In this document: piece by piece, positions 1 through 9,566 of the stretch
How the letters are laid out: every line of letters starts with the position of its first letter
Position numbering within the stretch: position 1 is the first letter of the stretch
Assembly: GCA_018003035.1 (NCBI GenBank)
Contig: JAGNEX010000002.1
Coordinates: 67,895-131,894, forward strand
Reading direction: 5' to 3'
Length of the DNA stretch: 64,000 nt
DNA from: Acidimicrobiia bacterium
GTDB taxonomy: Bacteria > Actinomycetota > Acidimicrobiia > IMCC26256 > JAGNEX01
Notes under the pieces: generated by a model
What the model saw: the letters and a program-made list of their open reading frames with translations, nothing else
The model's database searches: none
What the model was told of the DNA's origin: nothing
Translations under genes and position numbers: made by a program

Positions 1-1
1 C

Positions 2-2932
2 TTGCCCAGGAAGCGCATCCGGGTTTACGAGTTGGCTCGTGAACTCGGGGTAGAAAACAAGGACGTGCTGGACCTTTGCGATGAACTTCGCATCGGGGTC
101 GGGAGTCACTCGTCCAGCATTGAGGAACCCCAGGCAGACCGGGTGCGCCGTTTGGCGCGCGACAAGGGTCTCGGTGGTTCCGGTGAAGAAGACGAACGTT
201 CCCGTCGGCGGCGTCGTCGCCGTGAGGCGCGCGAGGGCGAAAACTCCGAGGAAGAGACTCAGGCACCGTCGAGTGAATCTGACGAGGCCGGAGAACGCAA
301 GGTCGTTCGCGCCGGAGGGTCGAGCCTTCGGGTCCGCTCAGGCGGCGAAGGTCGGACTCTGCGCGTTCGCGCGGCCGGCACTCGTGACGAACCCGTCGCC
401 GAAACGATCACGAGCCCCGCACCTTCGCCGGCGGTTACCGACACTGCAGATGTCTCAGAGCCTTTGGTGTCGCCAGCTGCCGAGCGCGAGGACATCGCAA
501 TCGACCGCGACTCAGATGGACGGGAAGCTCCCATTGGAGCGTCGGCGCCAGCAGTTGCCGAGACGGTCAGTCCGGCTCAGCCTGCGCCAGCGGTCGAACA
601 GCCTGCCGTTGCCGACCCTGCGCCGGTGGCAGCTCACGTTCCCGCGAGCGCCGTGGACGAACCGGCCGCCGACGTGGCTGGACCGGCCACAGCGTCAAGC
701 GAAACGCCGCGGGCGGCCGATCCGACTTCGGCTCCGCTGCAAGATCGTCGTCGCCCTATGAGTGCGTCCGGCAAGCCAATCCCGCCTCCGCCCAACTTTT
801 CAGGCAAGCCAATTCCGCCGCCACCGGGACGCAAGCCCGGTGCACCGCCACCGCGGTCGCCTCGGGGCGGTGCCCCGGGTCGTCCGGCAACCGGTGCGCC
901 CGCGCGCGGGCGCCCAGGCGGTGCTCCAGGTGGTGGGGGCGGCGGTTTCACGCGCCCAGGTCAAGCGCGCAGCGGTCCCGGTGGCGGTCCTCCGCCAGGG
1001 GGCGGTGGAGCCGGCGGCCCAGGTGGTGCCGGTCGTGGTCGGCCCGGGGGCCCGCCACAGCGGCGAAAGAAGCGTAGGAAGCGTCGCCAGCAGGAGGACC
1101 TCGAACCACAGCAGGCTCCTCAGTACACCGAGCAGGACGCGCCCGTTCCCGAGGGTGAGATCGTGGTGCCTCGCGGCGTCACCATCCAGGACTACGCGCC
1201 CAAACTCAACAGGACCGCAGCTGACCTGGTTCGCATGCTGATGATGGCCGGGGAAATGGTCACGGCCACCCAGTCCCTGTCAGACGACATGATCGAGCTC
1301 ATCGCTGACGAACTTGGCGCGGAGATCCTTCTCGTCGACCCGGGTCAAGAACAAGAGCAAGAGCTGCTCGCGTTGTTCGACCAGGAAGAGCCCGACGAGT
1401 CAGAACTCGTCGAGCGTCCGCCGGTCGTTACGGTGATGGGCCACGTCGACCACGGAAAGACAAAGCTGCTCGACGCGATTCGCGCAGCGAATGTCGTGGC
1501 CAGCGAAGCCGGTGGGATCACTCAGCACATCGGCGCCTATCAGGCGTACCGCAATGATCAGCCGATCACGTTCATCGACACTCCAGGACACGAGGCCTTT
1601 ACCGCCATGCGTGCTCGCGGGGCGCGTGCAACCGACATCGCCGTTCTGGTCGTTGCTGCCGACGACGGCGTGATGCCTCAGACGCTCGAAGCGCTGAGCC
1701 ACGCTCGGGCTGCCGAGGTGCCGATCGTTGTAGCGATCAACAAGGTCGATCGCGAAGACGCCAATCCAGACCGCGTCCGCCAGCAGATGGTGGAACAAGG
1801 CCTGATCCCCGAAGAATGGGGTGGCGACACGATCATGGTCGAGGTCTCGGCGCTGAAAGGTGAAGGCATCGACGCACTCATGGACGCCTTGCTCCTGGTC
1901 GCCGAAGTTGAAGAACTGGAAGCCGCTCCGGACCGCCCCGCGGTTGGTTTGGTGTTGGAGGCCCATCTCGATGTCGGCCGTGGCCCCGTCGCAACCGCTC
2001 TGATCCAACAGGGCACCATGCGAGTGGGCGACCCGGTCGTTGCGGGTGGGGCATTCGGCAAGGTGCGAGCAATGCTCGACGACCAAGGCAACCGGGTTGA
2101 CGTTGCCGGCCCGGCGACGCCGGTTCAGGTGCTTGGGTTCAACGATGTGCCGTTGGCTGGCGACCAGATCCGTGTTGCCCCCGATGAGCGTGTCGCCCGC
2201 ACCGTGGCAGAGGCCCGTGCAAGACGAGCCCGTCAGGTCGAACTGATGGGCACGGCGGCTGCACCTGTCGGAGCAGGATCGAAGCTCGAGGACATTTTCG
2301 CCCACATCCAGCGTGGCGAGATCACGACTCTCAACTTGATCCTCAAAGCTGACGTGCAGGGATCTCTCGAAGCTGCCACCGACGCACTGCGCAAGCGCGA
2401 GCGCGACGACGTCAAGCTTGCCTTTGTTCAGCGGGGCGTCGGCGGAATCACCGAGAACGATGTCAACCTCGCTATCAGTTCGAACGCAACGATCATCGGG
2501 TTCAACGTCCGTCCGGACCGCATCGCTCGTGAGTTGGCAGAACGCGAGCGGGTCGAGGTCCGGCTCTACGAGATCATCTACGAGATGCTCGAAGACGTCG
2601 AGGCAGCGATGGTCGGAATGCTCGCTCCCGAATACGAGGAAGTCGTTACCGGTGAGGCAGAGGTCCGCGAAGTCTTCTCGGTGCCTCGTGTCGGCCGGAT
2701 CGCCGGTTGCTACGTGCGTTCCGGTGTCGTCAAGCGTGGGTCTAAGGTTCGCTTCCTGCGCGAAGGCGTCGTCATCTGGAAGGGCGAGATCGCTTCGCTC
2801 AAGCGCTTTAAAGAAGATGCGCGTGAAGTATCCGCAGGATACGAGTGCGGAATCGGACTTGAGCAGTTCCAAGACTTGAAGTCCGGCGACATCATCGAGA
2901 CGTACGAAGAGCGCGAAATCGCTCGTACCTAA
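2..2932 (+). CDS. infB: Translation initiation factor IF-2
   Basis: 976-aa ORF from TTG at 2. N-terminus [17 protein letters not shown], then a long Pro/Gly/Arg-rich low-complexity linker. GTPase motifs [28 protein letters not shown]. Followed by rbfA and truB as in the conserved operon. Confidence 0.95.
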   Translation: MPRKRIRVYELARELGVENKDVLDLCDELRIGVGSHSSSIEEPQADRVRRLARDKGLGGSGEEDERSRRRRRRREAREGENSEEETQAPSSESDEAGERKVVRAGGSSLRVRSGGEGRTLRVRAAGTRDEPVAETITSPAPSPAVTDTADVSEPLVSPAAEREDIAIDRDSDGREAPIGASAPAVAETVSPAQPAPAVEQPAVADPAPVAAHVPASAVDEPAADVAGPATASSETPRAADPTSAPLQDRRRPMSASGKPIPPPPNFSGKPIPPPPGRKPGAPPPRSPRGGAPGRPATGAPARGRPGGAPGGGGGGFTRPGQARSGPGGGPPPGGGGAGGPGGAGRGRPGGPPQRRKKRRKRRQQEDLEPQQAPQYTEQDAPVPEGEIVVPRGVTIQDYAPKLNRTAADLVRMLMMAGEMVTATQSLSDDMIELIADELGAEILLVDPGQEQEQELLALFDQEEPDESELVERPPVVTVMGHVDHGKTKLLDAIRAANVVASEAGGITQHIGAYQAYRNDQPITFIDTPGHEAFTAMRARGARATDIAVLVVAADDGVMPQTLEALSHARAAEVPIVVAINKVDREDANPDRVRQQMVEQGLIPEEWGGDTIMVEVSALKGEGIDALMDALLLVAEVEELEAAPDRPAVGLVLEAHLDVGRGPVATALIQQGTMRVGDPVVAGGAFGKVRAMLDDQGNRVDVAGPATPVQVLGFNDVPLAGDQIRVAPDERVARTVAEARARRARQVELMGTAAAPVGAGSKLEDIFAHIQRGEITTLNLILKADVQGSLEAATDALRKRERDDVKLAFVQRGVGGITENDVNLAISSNATIIGFNVRPDRIARELAERERVEVRLYEIIYEMLEDVEAAMVGMLAPEYEEVVTGEAEVREVFSVPRVGRIAGCYVRSGVVKRGSKVRFLREGVVIWKGEIASLKRFKEDAREVSAGYECGIGLEQFQDLKSGDIIETYEEREIART

Positions 2933-2944
2933 CCTCGGATGTGT

Positions 2945-2982
2945 GACCTGACCGGCTCGAAGCGACCCGAGCCGGTCAGGTC
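2945..2982 (+). terminator. Perfect 15-bp GC-rich hairpin after infB (no U-tract); attenuator or processing site
   Basis: GACCTGACCGGCTCG (2945-2959), 8-nt loop, CGAGCCGGTCAGGTC (2968-2982). Starts 13 nt after the infB stop and lies 70 nt before rbfA. Confidence 0.45.
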
Positions 2983-3052
2983 GGTCCGATAAACTGGGGC
3001 ACGTGGTTGCGCTCGCAGGGTACGCGGGTGAGCGGGTTGACGGAGGGGTCCG

Positions 3053-3403
3053 ATGGCGCAACGAAGTTTTCAGCGATCGGACCGAATCGGCGAACTGGTG
3101 CGCACAATCGTTGCCACTGAGGCCGAACGGTGGGACGACGATCGACTCGGATTTTTCACGGTGACCGACGTCGAGATGGAAGCAGATAACCGAATTGCTG
3201 TCGTGTACTACACGGCCTTTGATTCGGATCCGGCGACGGTGAAAGAAGCCCTCGACGAGGCCCGTCCTGCCGTGCAACGACTCGTTGCTCACTCGGTCCG
3301 AATGCGGCACACCCCGCGCGTAGAGTTTCGACTGGACCGAACCCGGGAACGGGTTGACGCCATCGAGGCTGCGATTGCTCGAATTCACCAGCAGGACCAA
3401 TGA
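3053..3403 (+). CDS. rbfA: Ribosome-binding factor A
   Basis: 116-aa ORF of RbfA size in the canonical position after infB. Its stop overlaps the next start (ATGA at 3400). Confidence 0.85.
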   Translation: MAQRSFQRSDRIGELVRTIVATEAERWDDDRLGFFTVTDVEMEADNRIAVVYYTAFDSDPATVKEALDEARPAVQRLVAHSVRMRHTPRVEFRLDRTRERVDAIEAAIARIHQQDQ

Positions 3404-4356
3404 ACGACACGCTCGCAGATGTGGCTGCGGTAATCCGTGACAACAGCGAATTCGCGCTTGCTTGCCACGTCAGTCCCGATGGTGACGCCTTAGGGTCGAT
3501 GCTCGCACTGCATCTCGCGTTGCAAGCCGCCGACTTCACCTCGGTCGCCTCTTTTAGCCAGCCGTTTGAGGTAGCGCCTCACTATCGGTCGCTTCCAGGC
3601 CTCGACCGGCTCACTCACCCTGAGGCCTACCCGGCTCAGCCAAAGGTGATGATCACACTCGACTCCGGGTCGCTCGGTCGACTTGGCGATCTGGGGACCA
3701 ATGCGCAGGCCGCAGAGAACCTGATCGTGTTGGATCACCACGTTTCCAACACGCGTTACGGAACGCTGAACGTGATCGACGACCGCGCAGCGGCGACCGC
3801 GGTGATGGTGTTCCAACTCATACAGATGCTCGATCTGCCGATCACCGACGAAGTCGCCACGTGTTTGTATGCCGGTCTGGTGTGCGACACCGGTCGCTTC
3901 CAATACCAGACCACCACCCCAGAAGTCTTTGAGATGGCGGCGCAGTTGTCCGCCTACAAGGTCGATATTCCTTCACTGTCGCGAGAGCTGTTCGAAGAGC
4001 ACCGGTTCGCGTATTTGCAGCTAACGGCACGGGTTCTGGCAGAGACTCAGCTCGACGCAGAGAAACATTTCGCGTCGGCGATCATTCGTCAGGCCGATCT
4101 TGAAGAGTTCGGCGTCACCCTCGATGAGACTGAAGGGCTGATCGATCTTGTCCGACGGATCCAAGAAGCCGACGTCTTTGCCGTCCTGAAGGAAGAGCCG
4201 TCCGGACGTGTGCGAGTGAGCCTTCGTGGCCTCGGTAGCGTCGACGTTCAGGAAATCGCTCAAAAACACGGCGGCGGGGGCCACAGCTTCGCTGCCGGTT
4301 TCACCTCTGACGGTCCGGCCGAGCGGATTGTTGAGTCGATCCGGGCGTCGCTTTAG
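3400..4356 (+). CDS. nrnA: DHH/DHHA1 phosphoesterase (NrnA-type oligoribonuclease / pAp phosphatase)
   Basis: Motifs SPDGDALGS, LDHHVSN (DHH) and C-terminal GGGH (DHHA1). Sits between rbfA and truB as in other Actinobacteria. Confidence 0.85.
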   Translation: MNDTLADVAAVIRDNSEFALACHVSPDGDALGSMLALHLALQAADFTSVASFSQPFEVAPHYRSLPGLDRLTHPEAYPAQPKVMITLDSGSLGRLGDLGTNAQAAENLIVLDHHVSNTRYGTLNVIDDRAAATAVMVFQLIQMLDLPITDEVATCLYAGLVCDTGRFQYQTTTPEVFEMAAQLSAYKVDIPSLSRELFEEHRFAYLQLTARVLAETQLDAEKHFASAIIRQADLEEFGVTLDETEGLIDLVRRIQEADVFAVLKEEPSGRVRVSLRGLGSVDVQEIAQKHGGGGHSFAAGFTSDGPAERIVESIRASL

Positions 4357-4361
4357 ACCAC

Positions 4362-5258
4362 ATGGCCAAGCGGAAACAACCTACCGTTCATGGCGTTGTC
4401 ATCGTCGATAAGCCGGCGGGCGTTACCTCGCACGACGTCGTCGGTGCGCTACGTCGGATCTACGGGGAACGGCGCATAGGTCACGGCGGTACCCTCGATC
4501 CCGCTGCAACAGGTGTCTTGGTTGTAGGGGTCGGCTGGGCGACCCGCCTGCTCAACTATTTTCAGCACGACACCAAGCGGTATACCGGAACGGTTACGTT
4601 CGGGACGGCGACTGACACGCTCGACGCAGAAGGGCAGGTCACCGAAACCATTTCCGATGCTCCGTACGAGGCTTCCGCAGTTACTTCGGTGTTGTCGCGG
4701 TTCACGGGGCCGATCAACCAAACGCCCCCGATGGTCTCCGCCATCAGAGTGGACGGTGAACGGCTGTACGAAAAGGCTCGGCGTGGTGAGGTCGTTGAAC
4801 GCGACGCGCGGCCTGTGACCATCCATCGGCTGGAAATGATCGACTTCTTCGACGGTCCGCCACCTCGGGCAATCCTCGACGTGACCTGTTCGGCTGGAAC
4901 CTACATTCGGGTCCTGGCCGCTGATATCGGCGAGGCGCTTGGCGGCTGTGCGCATCTCTCCGCGCTCCGCCGCACCGAAGCGTCGGGGTTTGGTCTGGAT
5001 CGAGCGCTCGACCTGGACCAGATCCAGTCCGATCCCTCAAGCGCCCTCCTGTCGGCCGAGGAAGCGGTACAACACATGGAGACGGTCGAGGTCTCCCCAG
5101 AGCTGGCAGTTCGCCTGCGACACGGTCAACGACTGCCACTCGACAGTGTTGGCGCGGTCGGCGGCGTCTGCGCGGTCCTCATGGAAGGCGAGTTTGTCGG
5201 CATGGCAGAGCCGAAAGGTTCCGTCCTCGCGCCGCTCATGATCTGGCCATCCACGTAA
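4362..5258 (+). CDS. truB: tRNA pseudouridine(55) synthase
   Basis: N-terminus HGVVIVDKPAGVTSHDVV and catalytic GHGGTLDPAATGVL motif; 298 aa. Confidence 0.93.
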   Translation: MAKRKQPTVHGVVIVDKPAGVTSHDVVGALRRIYGERRIGHGGTLDPAATGVLVVGVGWATRLLNYFQHDTKRYTGTVTFGTATDTLDAEGQVTETISDAPYEASAVTSVLSRFTGPINQTPPMVSAIRVDGERLYEKARRGEVVERDARPVTIHRLEMIDFFDGPPPRAILDVTCSAGTYIRVLAADIGEALGGCAHLSALRRTEASGFGLDRALDLDQIQSDPSSALLSAEEAVQHMETVEVSPELAVRLRHGQRLPLDSVGAVGGVCAVLMEGEFVGMAEPKGSVLAPLMIWPST

Positions 5259-5413
5259 GGCGTCCCGGGCCTTGCTGTTCCCCGGACGTGACCGTTCGGG
5301 TTTTGCCGGGTTGGGAATGTCGCTTTATTGGCGGACGATGCGACGAGAACGGCGCTCCGCCGCGAGGATCAAGGACCGAGTTAGCTCCGAAGCAGTCAGG
5401 ATCTGGAGCCCTT

Positions 5414-6409
5414 ATGCAGGTGATTCGCCACGAGCCTTGGCATGTTCCCGGTCGCTTCGCAGTGACGATTGGGGCCTATGACGGTGTCCACCTGGGACAC
5501 CGCGCCGTCATCGAAGTGCTCGCTGAGCGTGCCCGGGCCCTTTCCACTCCAGACGAACCGGTCCGGACAGCGCTCGTCACCTTCGATCGCCACCCTGCGG
5601 AGATCGTTCGTCCGGACGCAGCTCCGCCGATCCTGACCAGCCTCGACCACAAGCTGGAGATCTTGGAGACCATCCCGGAGCTGGACGTGGTCGTGGTGTT
5701 GCGCTTCGACAAGGTCCGACGCGAAGAGGAAGCCAACAAGTTTGTGTGGGACGTCCTCGTCGATGGGCTGTCGGCCAAGAGCATCGTCGTCGGTGAAGAC
5801 TTCCACTTCGGGAAGAACCGGGCCGGCGACGTTGCCTTGCTCCGAGAGATGGGCGCAGAACTGGGATTCGAGGTACACGCCTTGGAACTGGTCGGCAGCG
5901 ACGATGCCGGGCCAGAGAGTTTCTCGTCGACGCGGGTGAGGCGGCTCATCAAGGACGGCGATGTCGAAGGAGCTTCCCGGATCTTGGGTCGCGCCTATGA
6001 ACTCCGAGGTACGGTCGTTCACGGCGATGCCCGGGGACGGGAGATCGGATTTCCGACCGCCAACATCGATGTCGACAGGCATTTCTGCCTCCCTGCGGAC
6101 GGCGTGTATGCCGGGGCACTCCTCCTCGACAGCGAACGTTTGGGAGCCGCGATCTCGTTGGGAACCCGAGAGAGCTTTGACACCGATCACAGCCGCCTCG
6201 TCGAAGTTCACGTGTTGGACTGGGACGGTGACATCTATGGCAAAGCGGTCGGGGTCGAGTTTCTGAAGTTCCTGCGGCCCCAACAGAAGTTCTCGTCGCT
6301 TGCCGAAGTACGTGCGCAGTTGACCGCAGATGTCGATCAGGCAAGATCCTTTTGGGGTCATGTGACATCGCTCAAGCGAGAGACGCCCCCGCCCCTTGGC
6401 GACAGCTGA
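5414..6409 (+). CDS. ribF: Bifunctional riboflavin kinase / FMN adenylyltransferase
   Basis: From ATG 5414 (MQVIRHE...): TIGAYDGVHLGH nucleotidyltransferase motif. C-terminal kinase part has GFPTAN and VYAG motifs. The ORF track begins at 5288, but those 42 codons look like a non-coding extension. Confidence 0.9.
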   Translation: MQVIRHEPWHVPGRFAVTIGAYDGVHLGHRAVIEVLAERARALSTPDEPVRTALVTFDRHPAEIVRPDAAPPILTSLDHKLEILETIPELDVVVVLRFDKVRREEEANKFVWDVLVDGLSAKSIVVGEDFHFGKNRAGDVALLREMGAELGFEVHALELVGSDDAGPESFSSTRVRRLIKDGDVEGASRILGRAYELRGTVVHGDARGREIGFPTANIDVDRHFCLPADGVYAGALLLDSERLGAAISLGTRESFDTDHSRLVEVHVLDWDGDIYGKAVGVEFLKFLRPQQKFSSLAEVRAQLTADVDQARSFWGHVTSLKRETPPPLGDS

Positions 6410-6504
6410 TTCTTTTCAAACAGGACGCTGTGCTAGCTTTTCTCGGTCGGCGCGTGGTGCGCTGACACGTTCCTATTCTTCTACTGCGAGGTTGACGCGC
6501 CGTC

Positions 6505-6762
6505 ATGTCGGACAAGACCGCTGTAATGCAAGAGTACGGTCTGCACCAGAGCGACACAGGTTCGCCTGAGGTCCAGGTGGCGCTGCTCACCAAAAGGATC
6601 AACCACCTTACCGAGCACCTGAAGGTCCACAAGAAGGACCATCACTCTCGGCGGGGACTGTTGATGCTGGTCGGGCAACGTCGCCGGCTGCTGGACTACC
6701 TCAAAGGGATCGACGTCGAGAGGTATCGATCGTTGATCGCCAGGCTTGGCCTGCGACGGTAA
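6505..6762 (+). CDS. rpsO: 30S ribosomal protein S15
   Basis: 85 aa with [48 protein letters not shown], a textbook S15 sequence. Confidence 0.96.
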   Translation: MSDKTAVMQEYGLHQSDTGSPEVQVALLTKRINHLTEHLKVHKKDHHSRRGLLMLVGQRRRLLDYLKGIDVERYRSLIARLGLRR

Positions 6763-6780
6763 CCAGAGTGTGCAACCTCG

Positions 6781-6837
6781 GGAGCGGCCTTGCCGCTCCC
6801 GACTCGCGTAGTTGTTCGAATAGGGGCACGAACAACA
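6781..6837 (+). promoter_or_regulatory. rpsO-pnp leader hairpins (candidate Actino-pnp type autoregulatory / RNase III target)
   Basis: Hairpin 1: GGGAGCGGC-ctt-GCCGCTCCC (6781-6801). Hairpin 2: GTTGTTCG-10 nt-CGAACAAC (6812-6837). Both lie in the 237-nt gap between rpsO and the pnp ATG at 7000. Confidence 0.5.
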
Positions 6838-6999
6838 ATCAATTCGCACCGCCAACGGGTGGAACCGGTTGTCAGTCGCCAGATGCTTTGGGCTTCCCGC
6901 CCGAGGCGTTTGCCAACTGGGAACTGGCGGTCCCGTTACCGGGATCAGTCCGGAGGCCAAATGGGGCCTCTGCGGTGCGTTTCTAACGAAAGAAACCAC

Positions 7000-9552
7000 A
7001 TGAGTTCTATTCATTCCGTGAGCCGGGAAATCTCCGGTTCCGACAAAACCATGCTGCTCGAAACCGGTCGGGTTGCTGCTCTCGCCGATGGCTCCGTGAT
7101 CGTCGGTATGGGTGACACCCGAGTCCTCGTTACCGCCTGTGCGGCATCCGGGGTTCGTGACGGTATCGACTTCTTCCCGCTTACCGTCGACGTCGAAGAG
7201 CGTGCGTACGCCGCAGGCAAGATCCCCGGTTCGTTCTTCCGTCGCGAAGGTCGGCCTGGCGAACAGGCCGTTCTGACGTGCCGTTTGACCGACCGTCCGA
7301 TCCGTCCGGCATTCGCCGACGGGTACCGCAACGAAACCCAGATCGTCGGCACCGTGTTGGGTGTCGACATGGTTAACCCGCACGACGTGGCTGTGATCAA
7401 CGGTGCGTCGGCCGCTCTCACCGTTTCGGGGATTCCTTTCCAAGGTCCTATCGGTGCGGTCCGTGTCGCTCAGGTCGATGGTGAGTGGGTTGCGCACCCC
7501 AGTTACGAGCAGTCCGATGGAGCGACCTTTGAGATGGTCGTTGCGGGGCGGCGTGCCGACGACGGCTCCGTTGCGATCATGATGGTCGAAGCCGGTGGCG
7601 GACCCAACGCCTGGGCGCTCTACCAAGACGGTGCTGCGAAGGTCGATGAAGCGACCGTCGCCGCGGGTCTCGAGGCTGCCAAGCCCGCCATCGAAGACGC
7701 GATCGATCTTCAGCTCGAACTGAAGGCGAAGTACGAGGCCGAGAACGGCCCGATCGCGCCGATGACCTACGACCCGCAGATCGACTATTCCGATGAGGTC
7801 CGGGACGCGGTCAACAACGCTGCAACCAGCGACGTCGAAGAGGCGATGACCATCGCCGACAAGCACGACCGCAATGCCCGCCTCGACGAGATCGAACGCC
7901 GTATCGTCGGCGAGCTCGTCGGGACCTCCGACGCCCCTGGCCCCCTTGCCGGCGAGGGAACAGCGGTTGGTCGTGCCTTCCGTTCGTTGCAGAAGTCGGT
8001 TGTGCGGCGTCGCATCGTCAACGACGGATTCCGCATCGATGGCCGTGCGACCGACCAACTTCGTCCGATCTCGGCGGAGGTCGGCATTTTGTCTACCGCT
8101 CACGGTTCCGCGCTTTTCCAGCGGGGTGAGACCCAGGTGTTGTCCGTGACGACGCTTGGCATGCCTCGCCTTGAGCAGATGATCGACTCGATCTCCACGC
8201 TCGAATCGAAGCGCTACATGCACCACTACAACTTCCCGCCGTACTCGGTTGGTGAGACCGGGCGTGTCGGGTCGCCGAAGCGCCGGGAAATCGGCCACGG
8301 CGCACTCGCCGAGCGGGCGCTAGTCCCAGTGCTGCCTTCCTCCGAGGAATGGCCCTACACCATGCGCGTCGTTTCCGACGTGATGGCATCCAACGGGTCA
8401 ACGTCGATGGCGTCGGTGTGTGGTTCGAGCTTGTCGCTCATGGATGCTGGTGTGCCGATCAAGGCTCCGGTCGCGGGTATCGCGATGGGCCTGGTCTACG
8501 CAGATGGCAAGTACACGACACTGACCGACATTTTGGGTGCAGAAGACGCCTTTGGTGACATGGACTTCAAGGTCGCTGGGACCCGGGACTTCATCACCGC
8601 CTTGCAACTCGACACAAAGATCGACGGCATTCCGGCAGAGGTCTTGGCACAAGCCCTCGAGCAAGCACGTGTCGCTCGGCTCTCGATCCTCGACACGATG
8701 GACGCGGCTCTGGCGGCACCACGTCAGGACGTGGCAGACGTTGCACCGAAGATCGTCAGCATCGAGATTCCGCTCGACAAGGTGGGCGAGGTTATCGGCC
8801 CGAAGGGCAAGATCGTCAGGGCCATTCAGGACGAAACCGGTGCAGAGATCGCCGTCGACGACGACGGTGTCCAGGGCATCGTGACCGTCGGAGCGACACA
8901 GCGTGCACAGGTGGACGCTGCGGTTCAACGCATCAACGAGATTCTCAACCCGCCGCAGCCCGAAGAGGGCAAGACATACACCGGAGTGGTGGTCAACATC
9001 ACTGACTTCGGAGCTTTCGTCAACATCCTCCCTGGTCGTGACGGACTTCTCCACATCTCCAAGCTAGGACGCGGCCAGCGCGTCAGCCGGGTGGAAGACG
9101 TCGTCCAACTGGGTCAGCCGGTCGAGGTGGTAGTTGACGAGGTCGATCACCGCGGCAAGGTGTCGCTGCGTCTCGCTGGCGACGAGGGTGGTTCTGGCGG
9201 AGACGGCAACGACGGTGGCGACGACTCAGGCGATGGGGCGCCACGGGGATCTGATTCTCGCGGCTCAGATTCGCGTCGGTCAGACTCGGGTCGTTCTGAT
9301 GCACGCCGCTCCGATTCGCGTCGTTCCGACGATTCCGACGACGCCGATTCGGGTCGCCGTTCTGACCGTCGGTCTGAAGGTGGCGGAGACCGTGTTGACG
9401 TTTCCTTCCGCCAAGAGTGGGACGCTCAGGCTGAGCAGCAGTTCGGCGAGCTGGGAACCGCCCGCAAAGATGAGCGTCGTCGTTCGGCGCCGCCGAAGCG
9501 TCGCCCTGGCGGTCGCGGTCGCGGCGGTCGTTCCCGCGGTGGTCGCAGCTAA
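7000..9552 (+). CDS. pnp: Polyribonucleotide nucleotidyltransferase (PNPase) with C-terminal RSD/RGG extension
   Basis: From ATG 7000 (MSSIHSVSREISG...): two RNase PH domains (FPLTVDVEERAYAAGKIPGSFFRREGRP; HHYNFPPYSVGE), a KH domain (GPKGKIVRAIQDETGAEI) and an S1 domain (YTGVVVNITDFGAFVNILPGRDGLLHIS). A 119-aa low-complexity tail follows. Confidence 0.95.
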   Translation: MSSIHSVSREISGSDKTMLLETGRVAALADGSVIVGMGDTRVLVTACAASGVRDGIDFFPLTVDVEERAYAAGKIPGSFFRREGRPGEQAVLTCRLTDRPIRPAFADGYRNETQIVGTVLGVDMVNPHDVAVINGASAALTVSGIPFQGPIGAVRVAQVDGEWVAHPSYEQSDGATFEMVVAGRRADDGSVAIMMVEAGGGPNAWALYQDGAAKVDEATVAAGLEAAKPAIEDAIDLQLELKAKYEAENGPIAPMTYDPQIDYSDEVRDAVNNAATSDVEEAMTIADKHDRNARLDEIERRIVGELVGTSDAPGPLAGEGTAVGRAFRSLQKSVVRRRIVNDGFRIDGRATDQLRPISAEVGILSTAHGSALFQRGETQVLSVTTLGMPRLEQMIDSISTLESKRYMHHYNFPPYSVGETGRVGSPKRREIGHGALAERALVPVLPSSEEWPYTMRVVSDVMASNGSTSMASVCGSSLSLMDAGVPIKAPVAGIAMGLVYADGKYTTLTDILGAEDAFGDMDFKVAGTRDFITALQLDTKIDGIPAEVLAQALEQARVARLSILDTMDAALAAPRQDVADVAPKIVSIEIPLDKVGEVIGPKGKIVRAIQDETGAEIAVDDDGVQGIVTVGATQRAQVDAAVQRINEILNPPQPEEGKTYTGVVVNITDFGAFVNILPGRDGLLHISKLGRGQRVSRVEDVVQLGQPVEVVVDEVDHRGKVSLRLAGDEGGSGGDGNDGGDDSGDGAPRGSDSRGSDSRRSDSGRSDARRSDSRRSDDSDDADSGRRSDRRSEGGGDRVDVSFRQEWDAQAEQQFGELGTARKDERRRSAPPKRRPGGRGRGGRSRGGRS
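9247..9378 (+). repeat. Imperfect 15-nt coding repeats, (G/R)SDSR units, inside the pnp tail
   Basis: Translated GSDSR GSDSR RSDSG RSDAR RSDSR RSDDS DDADS GRRSD RRSE. The DNA shows the same 15-nt periodicity. Confidence 0.8.
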
Positions 9553-9566
9553 CGGAGGCCGAATCT

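Noticed and set aside
2-1150. Pro/Gly/Arg-rich repeats in the IF-2 N-terminal region (including the duplicated GKPIPPPP unit at 770-826) as a novel element
   Set aside because: Long low-complexity N-terminal regions are, as far as I recall, normal for IF-2 in high-GC Actinobacteria. Not considered unusual.
1400-3400. 666-aa ORF on the minus strand opposite infB/rbfA
   Set aside because: Typical high-GC antisense shadow ORF. It is Arg/Ser/Asp-rich with no motifs and fully overlaps well-supported genes. The same applies to 6481-8298, 12660-13742, 34839-35987, 42852-44000, 5396-6361, 25992-26690 and 36293-37087.
5288-5413. N-terminal extensions given by the ORF track
   Set aside because: The affected genes are ribF 5288, pnp 6790, dapB 10615, livM-like 16038, ftsK 24555, dapE 39228, lexA 41578, ctaA 56524, mscL 45611 and GH114 52127. 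The extensions overlap upstream genes or encode Arg/Pro-rich junk before the conserved family N-termini. Internal starts with SD sequences or ATGA coupling fit better.
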